A stretch of 64,000 bases of DNA from assembly GCA_020891255.1 (NCBI GenBank), contig BQFW01000015.1, forward strand, positions 1,240,001 through 1,304,000, given 5' to 3'. A program made the position numbers and the translations under genes. The notes beneath the pieces are model-generated. The model saw nothing but the letters and a program-made list of their open reading frames with translations. It made no database searches and was not told the origin of the DNA. The DNA is from Entomortierella parvispora E1425 (lineage: Eukaryota > Fungi > Mortierellomycota). Shown here piece after piece: positions 1 through 12,619 of this stretch (position 1 is the stretch's first letter; each line of letters begins with the position of its first letter).

Positions 1-941
1 TAGTTTCGCTCACAAATCTCTACCTTTGTCAACGACAAAGATTTCAGTGTAGATCCACATCGGTCAAAGAGCTCCTCGAACGCTGGCAATGAAATCCTGC
101 TCGGAAGTTCAAAGGCGAGTCCAAGCGTTTCTAATCCCATGCAGAGTCTCCGAGCAATGAGCCGAACGACCTCCGGCTCCAGTCCTTGAAGACCAATCTG
201 CTGTGTCCTGCTAAGAAGTGTCCTCCGAGAAGGACTTGTGCTATGTGCACCATTTGAGATCCGTGAGCTGGTACTGCCATGCGTGGATCCTGAGGCCAAC
301 TCTGGCTTGTTCATGACTTCAAAATGAAAAGACTTCAAAGTCGGTAACGCGCTCAATAGTCGGTCCAGCCTCTCGAGACTCAGTACAGTCTTTGTGATCT
401 CAAGTCGAGTCAGGCTGAGGCTGTTGCAAGTCTGGATTTGAGAGAGATGATCCTGGACAGAAAAGGGACTCTCATCCCCTGTTCTTACTGCTCCTGTCCG
501 CCGCGGCGTGGCGTCCGTCCCTTGAAACACAAATAGGTTGCTGGCCTCAATGCTTTTAATCCAATGTCCGTATTTCTTAAAGTCGATGAAGGAAGGTACC
601 CAAGGCTGCCGTGTCTCCTGATGTGGATGGCGGAGATGCATGTGGTGAGGTTGATGGTGGTGGACTGATCCGCTGTAGGTGCTGCGGTGACTTTGAGGGG
701 GGTCTTTGGTGGTTCCTTGGAAGTGCGCTTGCTGCTGCAACATGGACGACTGCTGTCCGCCGCGGTACTGTACGGCGTAGTAGAGAAAAGGAGCCCATGC
801 TTCATGCCAGGCTCTGCAGACCTGACTGGCGAGCGAGAGATCGCGCTGGTTAAGCTGAAGTTGAATCTGGTACGCGAGCTCGGGAATGAGAACGGCATCG
901 TGCCGTGGAGATGCCGCATGCGGTTGCAATGACAAAGTCAT
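1..941 (-). CDS. F-box/LRR-type protein (5' part; runs off the left edge; absent from the ORF track)
   Basis: My translation from the ATG at 941 is open to position 1: MTLSLQPHAASPRHDAVLIPELAYQIQLQLNQRDLSLASQVCRAWHEAWAPFLY (F-box), then ...PSFIDFKKYGHWIKSIEASNL... and LRR-like segments LSLTRLEIT..LERLDRLLSALPTLKSFHF and CGSTLKSLSLTKVEI. Confidence 0.85.
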   Translation of the reverse strand, partial: MTLSLQPHAASPRHDAVLIPELAYQIQLQLNQRDLSLASQVCRAWHEAWAPFLYYAVQYRGGQQSSMLQQQAHFQGTTKDPPQSHRSTYSGSVHHHQPHHMHLRHPHQETRQPWVPSFIDFKKYGHWIKSIEASNLFVFQGTDATPRRTGAVRTGDESPFSVQDHLSQIQTCNSLSLTRLEITKTVLSLERLDRLLSALPTLKSFHFEVMNKPELASGSTHGSTSSRISNGAHSTSPSRRTLLSRTQQIGLQGLEPEVVRLIARRLCMGLETLGLAFELPSRISLPAFEELFDRCGSTLKSLSLTKVEICERN

Positions 942-3818
942 CTGGAATCAGCTGCTAGCGACGGGGGAGAAGAGTAAAAGGGAGGAGAGAACGAGTGAGA
1001 AGAAGAAACGGGGCAGGAGGGTAAGCAGGCGAACTAGCGAGAGCGAAGAAGAAAAAGAAAAAAGAAGGCAAGAGCAAGGCAGCGTGGCCATGGTCATCCT
1101 CTTTATGAAGGAAGGGCAGTCATCCTGTCAGCACTCACGCGTGCCTGAATTTGGGCTTTGCAGTTTGCGGTTGCCCGTTTCTATTTATGATCGGTTGTTG
1201 GAAAAGGGGTCGTTGGAGGCTGGATGGCTGTCAGACAGGGTGCGAGAAGTCGTATTGCCTTGCTGGAGAGATGAATGAATGAATGGAAGCTGCATGGTAC
1301 TGACGAGCGTCGCGCGGCAACTGCAGGGGGAAAGGAGTAGCCTGACACGCAGACGGTCGCGAGGCAATGCAAAGCAAGGCAGAGGTGCTCTTACGTTTCG
1401 GGATGCAGATGGACTACAGGAGCAACAGGAGGAGAAGCTAGAGGAGCAAGAGGAGCAAGAGGAGGGTGAGCGTGAGCAAAGAGCAGGGGAGCGTAAGAGT
1501 GGAAGAGGGGAGGTGGAAGGAAAAGAAGGAAGAAAAGAGGGAGGGAAGGAGCAGAAATTGAAAGAGATGAAAAACACGAAAAACAATGGCCTTCCCTTTT
1601 GGATGCTCGGGAACGGACATAACGGCAGAGGGATCTTGGGCCATGGGGTCGACAATCCCTCTCCCATGCAATCCGTCCATTGGCTAATCTCTTTCTGCGA
1701 CGCTTGGACAGCAAAAAGTGTAAAATGCAACGACTTGCACCGAAAACGACACATGAAGCCCTGGTCTCGACCTCTTTTTTCTATTCTCCACCGTGCCTTC
1801 TTTTGTCCCTGCCTCCCGCAGGATGCAGTGACGTTTTCTGTGGTCGAGCAAGATGCAAGTCATGGCCGTTCCTCGTGTGGTCATCCCAATAAAAACGAAT
1901 GGTGGTGTCCTGTTCTTTCGATATTTGTATCAAGGACCAATTGGCTGGCCACACTCTTTCTCTCGTCCTTTTTTCTCGTTTCGCTCATGCACGGTCGGAT
2001 AGACCAGCTGGCGGTGGTTTTCCTGTTTCTATCCTTTGAAAGCTGCTTGACTATCCATGATCTTGTTGCGTTGGCACTGTCGGTCTCCACGCCGACCGTT
2101 TTCTCTGCGAGTGCACGAAGGACAAGGACGCGACCTGCATGGGGTGGCACACGTGATGCAACCAGTGATTTATAGTCCAAAACTCGCTTCCAACTCACCT
2201 CCAGCAGGGTTCACAAGTTGAGAGCCTTACCGTCCAGATTGGTGTTTCGGCTCCGGCTCTCTCCAGGATTCGTGAGGCTTCGCCCAAACACCCACCCGCT
2301 TTTCCTCCCCCACACACATTCAAGAAGCAAAGTCAATAGCTTCTTTGTGTAGAAGAGCCAGAAGGTTTCCAAACTTTTTTCCAATTTCGAACGAAACTGC
2401 GAGAAAGCTTGAAAGGGGATGGGTTGACTCCGCTCGCATCGGCGCGTCATCGTGGGCCCAAGTTTCATATGTGATCCAGAGCAACTGTACCCTTTCTTCG
2501 TCTTGCTTGGAAGTCGTACTGTAGAGTCTTCCAGAAAGTGAGGTTTTTGTACCGCTATTGGGTACACTTCCTTGTCATCAACAAGCCTGGTTGCATGCGG
2601 TCCTGCTTCCTTTGCCTGCCCATAAAAATGATTTTGATTGAAAGTAATGACGAATACTGTAGCAATCCCATTTTAACAGTTTCTTCTCGCACCAAATAGG
2701 CAGATTGCGAGACAAAGGGTTGAGCAGACAGTCGGCGCAAACTAGGTGCATCTATGATGTCGCCAGGCAGGAGCAAACATGGTTCAGCTGAAGAGTCTTT
2801 TATTAGGAACAAGAAAATTAAAAAAAAAAATGTTTACTGAGGCTGTTTGCTGTCCCTTCGTGATACACAGTCTATCCCTGATCGCCAAGGGACATCAAGA
2901 CATCAATACTGTTGTTGCCCATGCGCGTGCCAATGCAGTTGCACACCTTCAGTAGAGCCATAGGGGGAAAGACGTATCGGAAGAGGGGTAAACAACTTGG
3001 TTCTGGGGAAAGCGAGACTTCGAGATATAAATAACCGTGGGCGCGCTGTATTGCTGCACAGGGACCGCTATTTTACCAAGAGTGGAGGAAAAAGTATTTT
3101 TATCGGTGTTGTGTGCCTGGCACAGGTACGACCAGGAACAAAGGTCCGCTTGAGTTCAGCCTCTCGCCAGTCTGCTGCTTGTCGGCGCTCCTCTCTTTCC
3201 TGGTATGGTTCTCTGCGTGCTATCCCCGGTGAACAGGTTCGGGATTGTGCCCTGTTACATATAAACAAGCGGCGATTCACTTGTTTCCACCTCTTTCTTC
3301 TCTTTTCTTATCCACAACTCATCCTCCTTCTCTCAACACATCGTCCCATCTCTTGGACCCCCCCTCCTCCCCTCTTCCTTCTCCCACTCACTCATCGGGT
3401 AAGAGACTTGAACATGTGTCATATACACGTCTTCCCCCCTCTTCCACACCTTGCCATCCTTTCTCGAGGAATCTGGCTCGATGAAAGCAATCACAAGAAA
3501 GCTAGCCGTTGATTTGAGCTGTGCAGATCGACGCCTGGCCTTTGTTATCCTCGTGTCTGTCTGTCCTACCACCGCTTTTGGGGGATGGGCAAAACGAACC
3601 CCCCCCCCTGCACAGCATCAATACGAACACGAGCCGGATCAAAACAGACGCTGCACCGCGTTCTCGTTGTGTCATTTGCTTCTTGGTTCCCATTCGATTA
3701 TCTCTCTGAAGGGCCACGAAACATAAAAGAAGAGAGGAGAACAAAAGAAAATCTGCTAACACATAGAAACGTCGCTCTTTGAACATTTTCAATTGAAACA
3801 GATATAATTTCCTCAAAG

Positions 3819-5326
3819 ATGCGTTTCTCCACCTTGTCCCTGGCCGCCGCCGTGTCCACTTTGCTCATTAGCGGATTCGTGGGCTCTGCAGAGGCTGCTG
3901 CTTGCGACACCACAAAGTGCGTCTTCCCTGCATGTGTGTGCCCTTCGGTGAACCCTCCCAAGGGTATGGATCCCAAGACTGTGCCTCAGTTCTTCACGTT
4001 GACCTTTGACGACGCCATTCAAGGCCCCACAGTCCCCGTCGCCAAGTCCCTCATGGATGGCCACCGCAACCCCAACGGATGCCCCATGAAGGCAACCTGG
4101 TTCGCCCAGACCCTTTACTCCGATTTCGCCTTGATTCAACAGTGGGCTGCCGCTGGTAACGAGGTAGCCGACCACACCATGAACCACATCGGAACCCCTC
4201 CTGCAGGTAACCATCCATCTATCGGCTTTTTGCAAATGCGCGTCGAGAACACCAGGAGAGACGACGATATTGACTTTTTATTTCCCCTTCTTTTCTCCCC
4301 CTTTCTCCAACAGAGGAGATTATTGGCAACCGCAAGGCCATCAACGCGTTCTCTGGCATCCCCTTTGCCAACTTGAACGGCTTCCGTGCCCCTTTCCTCA
4401 ACTACTCCAAGGCTACATTCGATATCCTTTCTCAGGAGAAGTTCCTTTACGATTCTTCAGCCTCGGCCCTGACTGAGGATGCTTTCTGGCCATACACCCT
4501 TGACTATGGTCTTGCCAACGATTGCTGGAATGGCATCTGTGCCGCCAACGTTGTGGCACCTGGCATGTGGGAGATCCCCATGCACGCCATTATGGACGGC
4601 ACCAACGCCTACGTTATGGATGCTCAGTTGAACGGTACCCCCGACAAGGTCGCTCAATGGCTCAAGGACAACTTTAACAGACATTACCAGGGCACCCGCC
4701 AGCCCTTTGGTATCTACCTTCACCCTGTCCATGTCAAGGATGCTGACAAGCTTTACAACGAATTCATGACCTGGGCTGCTGGCCAACCTGATGTTTGGTT
4801 CGTGACCAACCACCAGTTGCTCCAATGGATGCAGAACCCCGTCCCTGCTTCACAGATGAAGGACCAGCCCTACATGAAGTGCGAGTTGCCTGCTGTCGGC
4901 AAGGAGATCTGCAATGGATTGGATGATTCCAAGTCTGGAACGATCGACAAGGGAGTGTTGGAGACCTGTAACTTTGTTGAAGGCCCTTGGTCGACTTGCT
5001 ACGGATGCCCCAAGACCCAGCCCACGACCGCCAACCCTGTTCCTGATCGCGTTGTTCCTGCCGGTCAGGTAGGTGGCCGTACCCCTGTTCCTGCCACCTG
5101 TGCCATGGAGTGGTGGGACCCCATCGCTGCCCAGTGCTTGTGCACCAGCTCCAACTGCACATTCACGGATACTGCTGTGACCACGACCACGACCGCCACC
5201 ACTCTCCCTAGCCCCACCAACAGTAACCACAAGCCCGCCAGCGCGGCGTCTGGCCAGATGACTGGATCGTGGGCTTTTGCTGCTGCCCTTGCTGCCGCTG
5301 CCGCTGGAGTTGCTCAGATGTTGTAA
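3819..5326 (+). CDS. Secreted, probably GPI-anchored CE4 polysaccharide/chitin deacetylase, 466 aa; exons 3819-4206, 4314-5326
   Basis: Signal peptide. CE4 motifs TFDDA, DHTMNH, GFRAPFL, YDSS, FWPYTLD, WEIPM and PFGIYLH. A GT..AG intron at 4207-4313 joins the frames (PA-EEIIGNRKAINAFSGIP). Cys-rich region, Thr-rich stalk and hydrophobic C-terminal tail. Confidence 0.9.
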
Positions 5327-5700
5327 GAGGGACATCCTTTCTGTCGACCGACTCTTATTTCCTTTGATTTCTTTCCGTATCTTCAACGTGTTTTTCGTCC
5401 ATTATCGCCACTGTAATATATTACCAACTATTCTCCAATGAACAACTTTAAGGACGGAGGGGTTTTCTCCTTAAACACCTACTCATCTTCCTACACGTTT
5501 TTTCCCGAAGACAAGAACACGGCGTTGAGTCGATTAAGGGTGCGCAATCAGACGTGGGAATATAAAATGCGGCGACATCCAGATGAATCATATCAGTCGC
5601 ACCCCCTCAACGATAAAAATCAAAGATTTCCCACCAGACAAAAATGTCCCTCTCAGTTCTCAACCGATTCGCCCCTGCCATCAAGTCCCACATTCGCACA

Positions 5701-6858
5701 ATGTCCACCGTCCACAAGATCGTCCAGACCGCCTCTGCCCCCGCCGCCATCGGTCCCTACTGTAAGCATAGACAAAGCGACTTTGGCACAAACTAGAACC
5801 AAATATGGTGGATGGCGCGTTCAGTGACGCCAATGATGGAACGGATGGCGCGATGAGCCTTCGTTTTTTCATCTGACAAAACGGATTCCCCTTTCCCCAA
5901 CTCATTAACTGACGCGTTTGCTTTTCTTCTCTTTCAGCCCAGGCTATCATTGCCAACGGCTTTGTTTTCTGCTCGGGTTCGATCCCCGTCAACCCCGCTA
6001 ACGGCGAGGTTGTTGCCGGGGGTGTCAAGGAGCAGACCGTAAGTTTTCCTTTATTTTGTTGGGAACAGCTCCCTCCTCCCCCGCAAGACTCTTCCGGATC
6101 TTCTCGGAACACAAAAGAAAAAGAAAAAAAAAAAGAACTGCGTGGATGCGAGTTCTCTCAATGCCTGCTCTTTCCACTTGCTTGCGATCTGGATTGCTTC
6201 TACCTCCCCCGCACAGATCCTGGATCTCAAATGATAGTTTCAATTGCCTGGAGATATCATCCAAGGATGGGCTAATGAGGGGAGGAGGGCCTTCCTCGAA
6301 GGAGGGACATGGGACTGATGCACTTCAATGGCACCGTCCGTGGCTTTACTGAACAAAAAGAGATAGCCCAGTGACAGGAACAGGACATATTTCTGGTGGA
6401 GCTCTCTGTTTTGAGGGCAAAGGAGTTTGCCAATGAATCATCCAAACATCGATCTGCTTTTGTCATAAGAAAGCAAGAGACCCTAATTATCTATGACTTG
6501 CTAACCCTGTACTTCTTTCTTATAGGAGCAAGTCTTGACCAACATGGGCGAGGTCCTCAAGAAATCCGGCTCTTCCTTTGGTCAGATTGTCAAGTCGACC
6601 GTCTTCTTGAAGAGCATGAACGACTTTGCTGCCGTCAACGAGGTCTACGGACAGGTAAGAAGAGAAAATCAAAAAATGGAGATGTGTGGTGGGATTGTTT
6701 TTCGTAGTTACTGACAATCTTTCTCGCATTGCTTGTTCTTTTTCTCTCATTCACAGCGTCTCGGCGGTGCTCTCCCTGCCCGCTCCTGCGTTGAGGTTGC
6801 TCGTCTTCCCAAGGATGTCTTGGTCGAGATTGAGTGCATTGCCACCGTCGAGCCTTAA
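5701..6858 (+). CDS. ridA: RidA/YjgF/UK114 family enamine-imine deaminase, 130 aa; exons 5701-5761, 5938-6038, 6526-6654, 6757-6858 (not in the ORF track)
   Basis: Spliced protein [37 protein letters not shown]...[50 protein letters not shown]. Family motifs include the catalytic Arg in PARS. All introns are GT-AG. Confidence 0.93.
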
Positions 6859-7112
6859 AGAAAACAACATTATCGCCATCCACATTTGAAAAAAAATAAA
6901 TGTTTGACAAAACAGACCAAGGCTTCTTCGCGCGTCTCTTGTCAGATTTGAATTCCTGGTCAATTGAAAATCGAACGCCTGTTGCCGAAAAAAGATGGAT
7001 CAATTGGCCAGATCATCCCTTTCAACATCCATTGATGAATTTTTACTTGTGAGTTGACCTTTATTCAAGACTATTTTGTGGTGGAGGGAAAGACAAAACA
7101 AAATAAACTTGT

Positions 7113-9047
7113 TTAAGCCTTGTGGAGGGAAGAAGCGCGACGCTTCTTGATCTCGGAGCGCTTCTCAGCAGCCTCCTTGACGCGCTTGGCGATCAAGGCC
7201 TTGTACTCAGCCTCGGCCTCCTTGGCGTTCTCAGCACGACGCTTCTTGAGAGCCAAGACGTGACGCTTGCGCTGGAGAACAACGGGGGTGACAAGACGCT
7301 GGATCTTGGGGGCCTTGGTGTAAGGCTTCTTCTCAGCGTTCTTGGGCTGAACCTCGCGACGGATGACAAACTTGCGGACATCATCCTCCTTGGTCAAGTT
7401 CTATAAGATGAGGAGCCATTGTAGAAAAAACACTCTGGTTAGCGTCATGTGTCATGTTTTGAGAAACTAATTTGTCCAAGAACGCCAGGATTCTGATCTC
7501 CTGCAAGGCGAATATGGGCCACATCCCACATTGTCTGTATCAGTGGACAGTTTGGGCAATCCGTCTAATCCACAGTGATCAACATCTCCTGCTCTGACGT
7601 TCAGGGACGACTTCAATCCAGAGACGTCCAAATAGTGCCATTGACGTAATGCTGCAGATCACGTTATAGTCAAGCGTCGAGAGATCCAGATGTTTTTGCA
7701 GATTCTCAACGATTGAAAAGAAAAAAAAGTCAAGGTTACGTACGAAGAACTTGCGGATGTTGTTGGCACGCTTGGGTCCGAGACGCTTGGGGACGGTGGT
7801 GTCAGTGAGACCGGGGAGGTCCTGCTCACCCTGCTTAACAATGGTGACGGAGAGGACCGACATGTCGGAGCCGACGATGCATCCACGGACCGACTTGCGC
7901 TTGCGCTCACCGGTGCGGCGGGGGCGGTAGCAAGAGTGGCCCTTGGACAACAAGAGGCGGACACGGGAGGGAAGGAGGACTCCCTGCTTCATGGGGAAAC
8001 CCTGCTTGTCGTTACCTCCGGTGATACGGAAAACGTAACCCTTGAACTCGTCGCCGAGAGTGTCGACGGCGACCTCAGCGGAGATGCGCTTGTCGTAAAA
8101 GATGCGACTAAAAGATTGCATGTTTTCAAAGCAAAATGGTCTCCAGTCAATACTCGGGAATATCCAGCACAGGATTTGTAGCGTTAAGCCATATCCAGAG
8201 ATCCAGATCGATAAGATGCTAGTCTATCTTCTGAGATAGTTGGGGTCGAGGGAACTTTTGTCTGTTGGGACGTGATGACTTGTCTGATTCACCTTCCTGG
8301 CACCGACATGCCGTCCAAAGAAAGAGGAGCGTGTCTGTCCTGTATGAAGGTAGTGCCATGTCCAAGGTTTCTGTTGAAAAACTCCCATTAGGGTGATTCC
8401 TGTTTGGCGAACAACTTACGTCTTGCGCTCATCATCGAAATCGATGGTCTTCTGGCAGCCGGTGGCTGGGTTGGCAATGTTCAACTAAAAGACGTTCAAA
8501 GTAGATCAAAGCGTCAAGATTAGCCTCATGCAACAGTCGAGTTGTGGGACGTTTCTCCTGCTCCGTTGAAAGATGATGGTTGTGCCATGAATCGACTCCA
8601 GTAACACGAATGGCAAGTCAGAGCGAGCGTTTCGGCGGTTGATTCGATGACTCCTGATCTCATGCCTGCAGGTTTGAGTGCTGGATCAAAGGTCTCCCGT
8701 AAAGCAATGCTTCAGCAATAAATCCTGCGTGGACTCCCCTTGAATTTGTCGAGACTAAAGGTTGTCGCCACTCCTGGTATGAATGTGGTCGAATGCTGAG
8801 CAGGCGATATCAGCTGATTCAAGAAAAGCCTGTCTTCCAGGCAGATTTTCTTCCTGTTCTCATCCAGAGCTGCTGAAATGGTGATGGTTTCTCCATGGAT
8901 GGTGGTGGTGAAAAAAAAGTTTCGAGGTTGGATTGGCGATAGTGTCCACAAAGATGATGCTGAGAAGATCGGTCATGGTGACGACAGGACTGATGGACGG
9001 ATCGATGGATCCAGATATTGGATGATGGATGCTCTTCACACCTTCAT
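7113..9047 (-). CDS. RPS6: 40S ribosomal protein S6 (eS6), 240 aa; exons 9047-9042, 8484-8420, 8107-7744, 7400-7113
   Basis: [31 protein letters not shown]...[14 protein letters not shown]...[25 protein letters not shown]...[11 protein letters not shown]. Strong codon bias. The 6-nt first exon (ATG AAG then GTGTGA) is inferred from an AAAATG context. Confidence 0.97.
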
Positions 9048-9551
9048 TTTTGGATGGCCAGTGAAAAAGAGAGGACTATGCAAGGCTGGGACCCCACCTA
9101 TATGCCTTGGACGTGGTCATGTGACCGTTTGTCCGATCAGTAGAAAAGCTCGCTTCGCCACCTGCGCTGGTGCGCTGCTCATTGATACGCCTCCATTCTA
9201 CTCTGTTGGTTGCAGTGCTGACACCACTGGATCCCTTTTGATCTTTGTGAACCGACTCCTGCTCAAGCAGCTAGCGGATGACAATGGTCAGGGCGACCTA
9301 CCTTCTGGTCGGTTCCCCTCGAACTCATGCAGCATGTCCGTGCGCGCCATTGGGTGACTGCGATCCCAATATTACATTTTTCAGTGGTGTCTCGTCTTTT
9401 GTGTCCCATGCCGGTTTCTGTGGTTGCACACGCTCTCCTTCCTTCTTACCAACTCGCCACGCTGTCATCGTTTCTTATAAACATTCTTCCTTCGAGTGCC
9501 CAACTCCACTACTTCTGGTCGTTAACCTCTCTTTCCTCATCCTTCCCGCAA

Positions 9552-11994
9552 ATGGGCGACTACCAAATGGACAGCTCGTCAGCGACCTTTGACCTTATCA
9601 CCTCTTCATCGTCCATGGAGGCCTTCCAGTTCGTCTCCCGTCGTTGCAAACCCACTCTGGTCTCGCTTCCACCAGAACTCCTCTCCAGGATCGCATTCAA
9701 CCTCTCTCTCTGCGAGTTCTCTTACCTCTCTCGTGTCAGCAGTGCCTTCCACAAGCACCTCTTTCACCCAGCAGAGATAGTCTTGTTCCTCAAGACCCGT
9801 TATCGATTGTCGATCGAGTCTGGATCCATAATCATCTTTTCATACTTGGCCAACATGCAGGTCAGGGCACCATTGCTGCTGGAGAGGATCTTTGACGACT
9901 TTTTCCTGGACTCGCCTCTCCGCCTGGAAGAAGAGCGCCTCTGGAAAGAGCAACGTCAGAGCCAGAAACAGCTTTTAAACAACAACACGTTTCTGCTGAC
10001 CAATGCGGCCTCAGCCAGCGGAGGCCTGATCAGTGCCAGCAATGTGGCTGTGCAGCGGATGGATAGTGTCCAGGTGCACGAGGATGCGGAAAAGGCTCGT
10101 CGAAAGTCAAAATGGGATGCTGTCCGAATGCTGGGTGTGCTCTATGCTCTTGACAAGACCCATGTTGGGGTAATTCATCTTGCTTCTTTTGGTTTTGCAC
10201 TCTCAGTTTCACCCTCGTCATCGATCATGACCTGTCATCCTCATAGTTGTTTGTCATTCTTACTCTGTCTCCACTCTTTAGCCATCGAGCTCAATGAATG
10301 CACTGGTGCTGAGTGGGGCTAGCGATATCACAGAATTACCTCCTCCATCACCTCCAGCGCCACTCAAGGTCCAAGAGCCAGCATCCAAATCTTCCATCAA
10401 CACCCCCTCAACTCCTGGCTCTAATCTCAGTGCAGATCGTGAGTCTTTGGAGCGCACGTCCCATAACCCCTTCATTGGAGACAAATATCAACCAAGCAGT
10501 AGTCGTCCGTCCAGTGGCGGGGTTAGGAACAGCCCCAAATCAGCATCCTTTTCTTCCACCCTCAACAACTCACCCCCACATGGGCAATATTACCAGGATC
10601 ACGGAGCACGGAGCAATAGCCTTCGACGGTCTCATTCTCAGGAGCGGATGGACCTAGGAGATGTTGTGCCAAAGTCTAGTCTTTTGGATGCAGAGCCTTT
10701 GCGTTATTATATTCAAAAGAGAAACCAGCGCAAAAGACGATCACCGTCCATAGGAAGTTCTCCCAAGGGCTCGTCATCGTCTGTATTTCCGTATCCTCCT
10801 AACGGTCACCATGCTCCTTGGGAGGATCCATTTGAGGAAGGACTAGAAGGGCTCTCGTGGACGCCTTCTTCTTATCCATTCTCATTTGGAGCGACCAGTT
10901 CGTCCTCTCTGACTGACTATGAAGGAGCTACGAGCAAAGGCAAGAGTCGCCCAAAGTCAAGGACACCATCCCCTCAAGCGAGAGAACGGGCCGAGGGATT
11001 CTTGCGGGAAAAGCAACGGAGGTTATCCCTACAAAGCTCACCTCAGGACCGATTCGTGAATGATAACGGGCTTATGAGACGGATTAGTCATGAGAACGGC
11101 GACCTGCACGGGTACTCAGAGTCCTATGACGATGACGAACATATGAGCCAGCAGGATTTTAATAACTATGAAGAAGAGGAGTTCATTGAGATTGACAATA
11201 CTGCTTATCCACAACAACATCAGCCCTCTCAGTTCTTGTCATCTTCCACCTCAAGGCTCGGTAATATGGACCATAAACTGGATGGGTATTCTTCCAAAGG
11301 CGTAGCTGCCTTCGAAGATAGGCACGCATCGGATAAGATTATGGAAGATAAAATGCCAGGGATGGCTACCAACAGCAATCCGTACAACACCCGACGCCGA
11401 TCTAGGACTGCTGCTTTTGATAGTCCTACGTTGGATGAACGATATTCACCGCCTTCACGGTTCTCTGCTCGTCTAGCCCCTGTAGCAGCGGCAGCACCAA
11501 TTCCCATGTCGGCCTTTGGCGCACTAGGGAATAATACCTCTTCTCCTCCTTTCTCTTCATCTTCCTCCTCGTCATCGGCCGTCTCGCCTGTAGAAGCACC
11601 GACGGTGCATCATCCTGTATCAAGGTCCTCGTTTACTGAGGTCCGGTCGACTTATAGCAGAAGTGCAGCCCAGCAGGTGTTGAACAGGGTAGAAAAGATT
11701 GCATTTTTGACAAAGTACACGGATCGGATGCATCTCAAGCTACAGGCGCTAGGTATCAAAGACTGGGGCCAGGGAGATATCCAGAGAAAGAAGACATATC
11801 AGCTCATGATCCAGCACAATGACAAGACGGGCGAGAAGGATCTTGTCCAATTTTATCTGGGTCGGTACGGGGGATCGATCCCGCAACCAGAGGACGGAAA
11901 TCCTGTTGTGACGACTGTAGTAGAGAATGGACAACATGGAGCGCCCGTGCAGCCGATGGACGCCTTGATGCCAGCGGCGGAAGCTGGGGCGTGA
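9552..11994 (+). CDS. F-box-containing protein with a long Ser/Pro-rich disordered region, 776 aa; exons 9552-10169, 10282-11994
   Basis: F-box-like PTLVSLPPELLSRIAFNLSLCEFSYLSRVSSAFH. Intron 10170-10281 (GTAATT..TTTAG) joins the two ORF-track frames. Divergent from RPS6 across about 500 bp. Confidence 0.75.
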
Positions 11995-12619
11995 TGCTCC
12001 AGCAGCCTTAAAAGTCATTTAGACGCGTCTTTGGTGGAGAAAAATAAACTGTGCTGTAGTGACATCATGACTGTCGTCTATTTTTGGCACAAAGGATGGA
12101 GAAGAGCCCTGCACACACGACGGTCGAGCAGGGTCACCGCCACAGCAGCGGTCAGCCATGCTGTTGCCGACTGTTTCTTGATTACCGAGGTTTGCAAGAG
12201 AGGTTGACGAGTGAAGAGGAAGAGGGAGACTCAAGAGAGAGGAAGGGAGACGAGGAAGAGGGAGAGAGGAGCGAGCGAGCATGACCTTGGACATGGAGAT
12301 AGGGGCACAGCCAGCTGTTTTTTTGTCTTTGACCAGCCTGACGTGCATCTCAGGCACCAGGAACGACTTTGTTGCTTTTGCGTCTATTTATTGACCAAGC
12401 TCCTTTTTCTTTTTCTTCTTTCTAGTTTCTCCTTTCATTCCATCATCCCACCCTCCCTCCATTCATTCAGTTGCCACGCAACGATCCCATCTCCAAGACA
12501 ACGACAACAGCGCGCTCTTTTATTCATTCAGTGCTACCACGCCATCCTGCCACAAGAGCACATCCTCACAGGACGCATAGACAACTTTAATCGCATTAGA
12601 CAAGGATAGAAACACAGCT

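Noticed and set aside
485-932. ORF-track entries at 485-919, 577-798, 611-853 and 687-932
   Set aside because: Alternative-frame or antisense shadows of the real F-box CDS (941 to <1), which the track omits because it has no stop within the window.
1181-3800. Several 60-300 aa ORFs (for example 1279-2175 +, 2211-2567 -, 2997-3512 +)
   Set aside because: Derived from GA/CT-rich promoter and UTR sequence; no domain motifs, codon bias or consistent splice structure.
8270-8290. GTGATGA...CTGA (box C/D-like) in RPS6 intron 2
   Set aside because: It is on the antisense strand relative to RPS6 and the boxes are only a few nt apart.
9110-9365. GGTCATGTGACC near-palindrome and GGTGACTG (7/8 match to the Homol-D box) in the RPS6/F-box divergent promoter
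   Set aside because: Short imperfect matches expected by chance; needs enrichment analysis across ribosomal-protein promoters.
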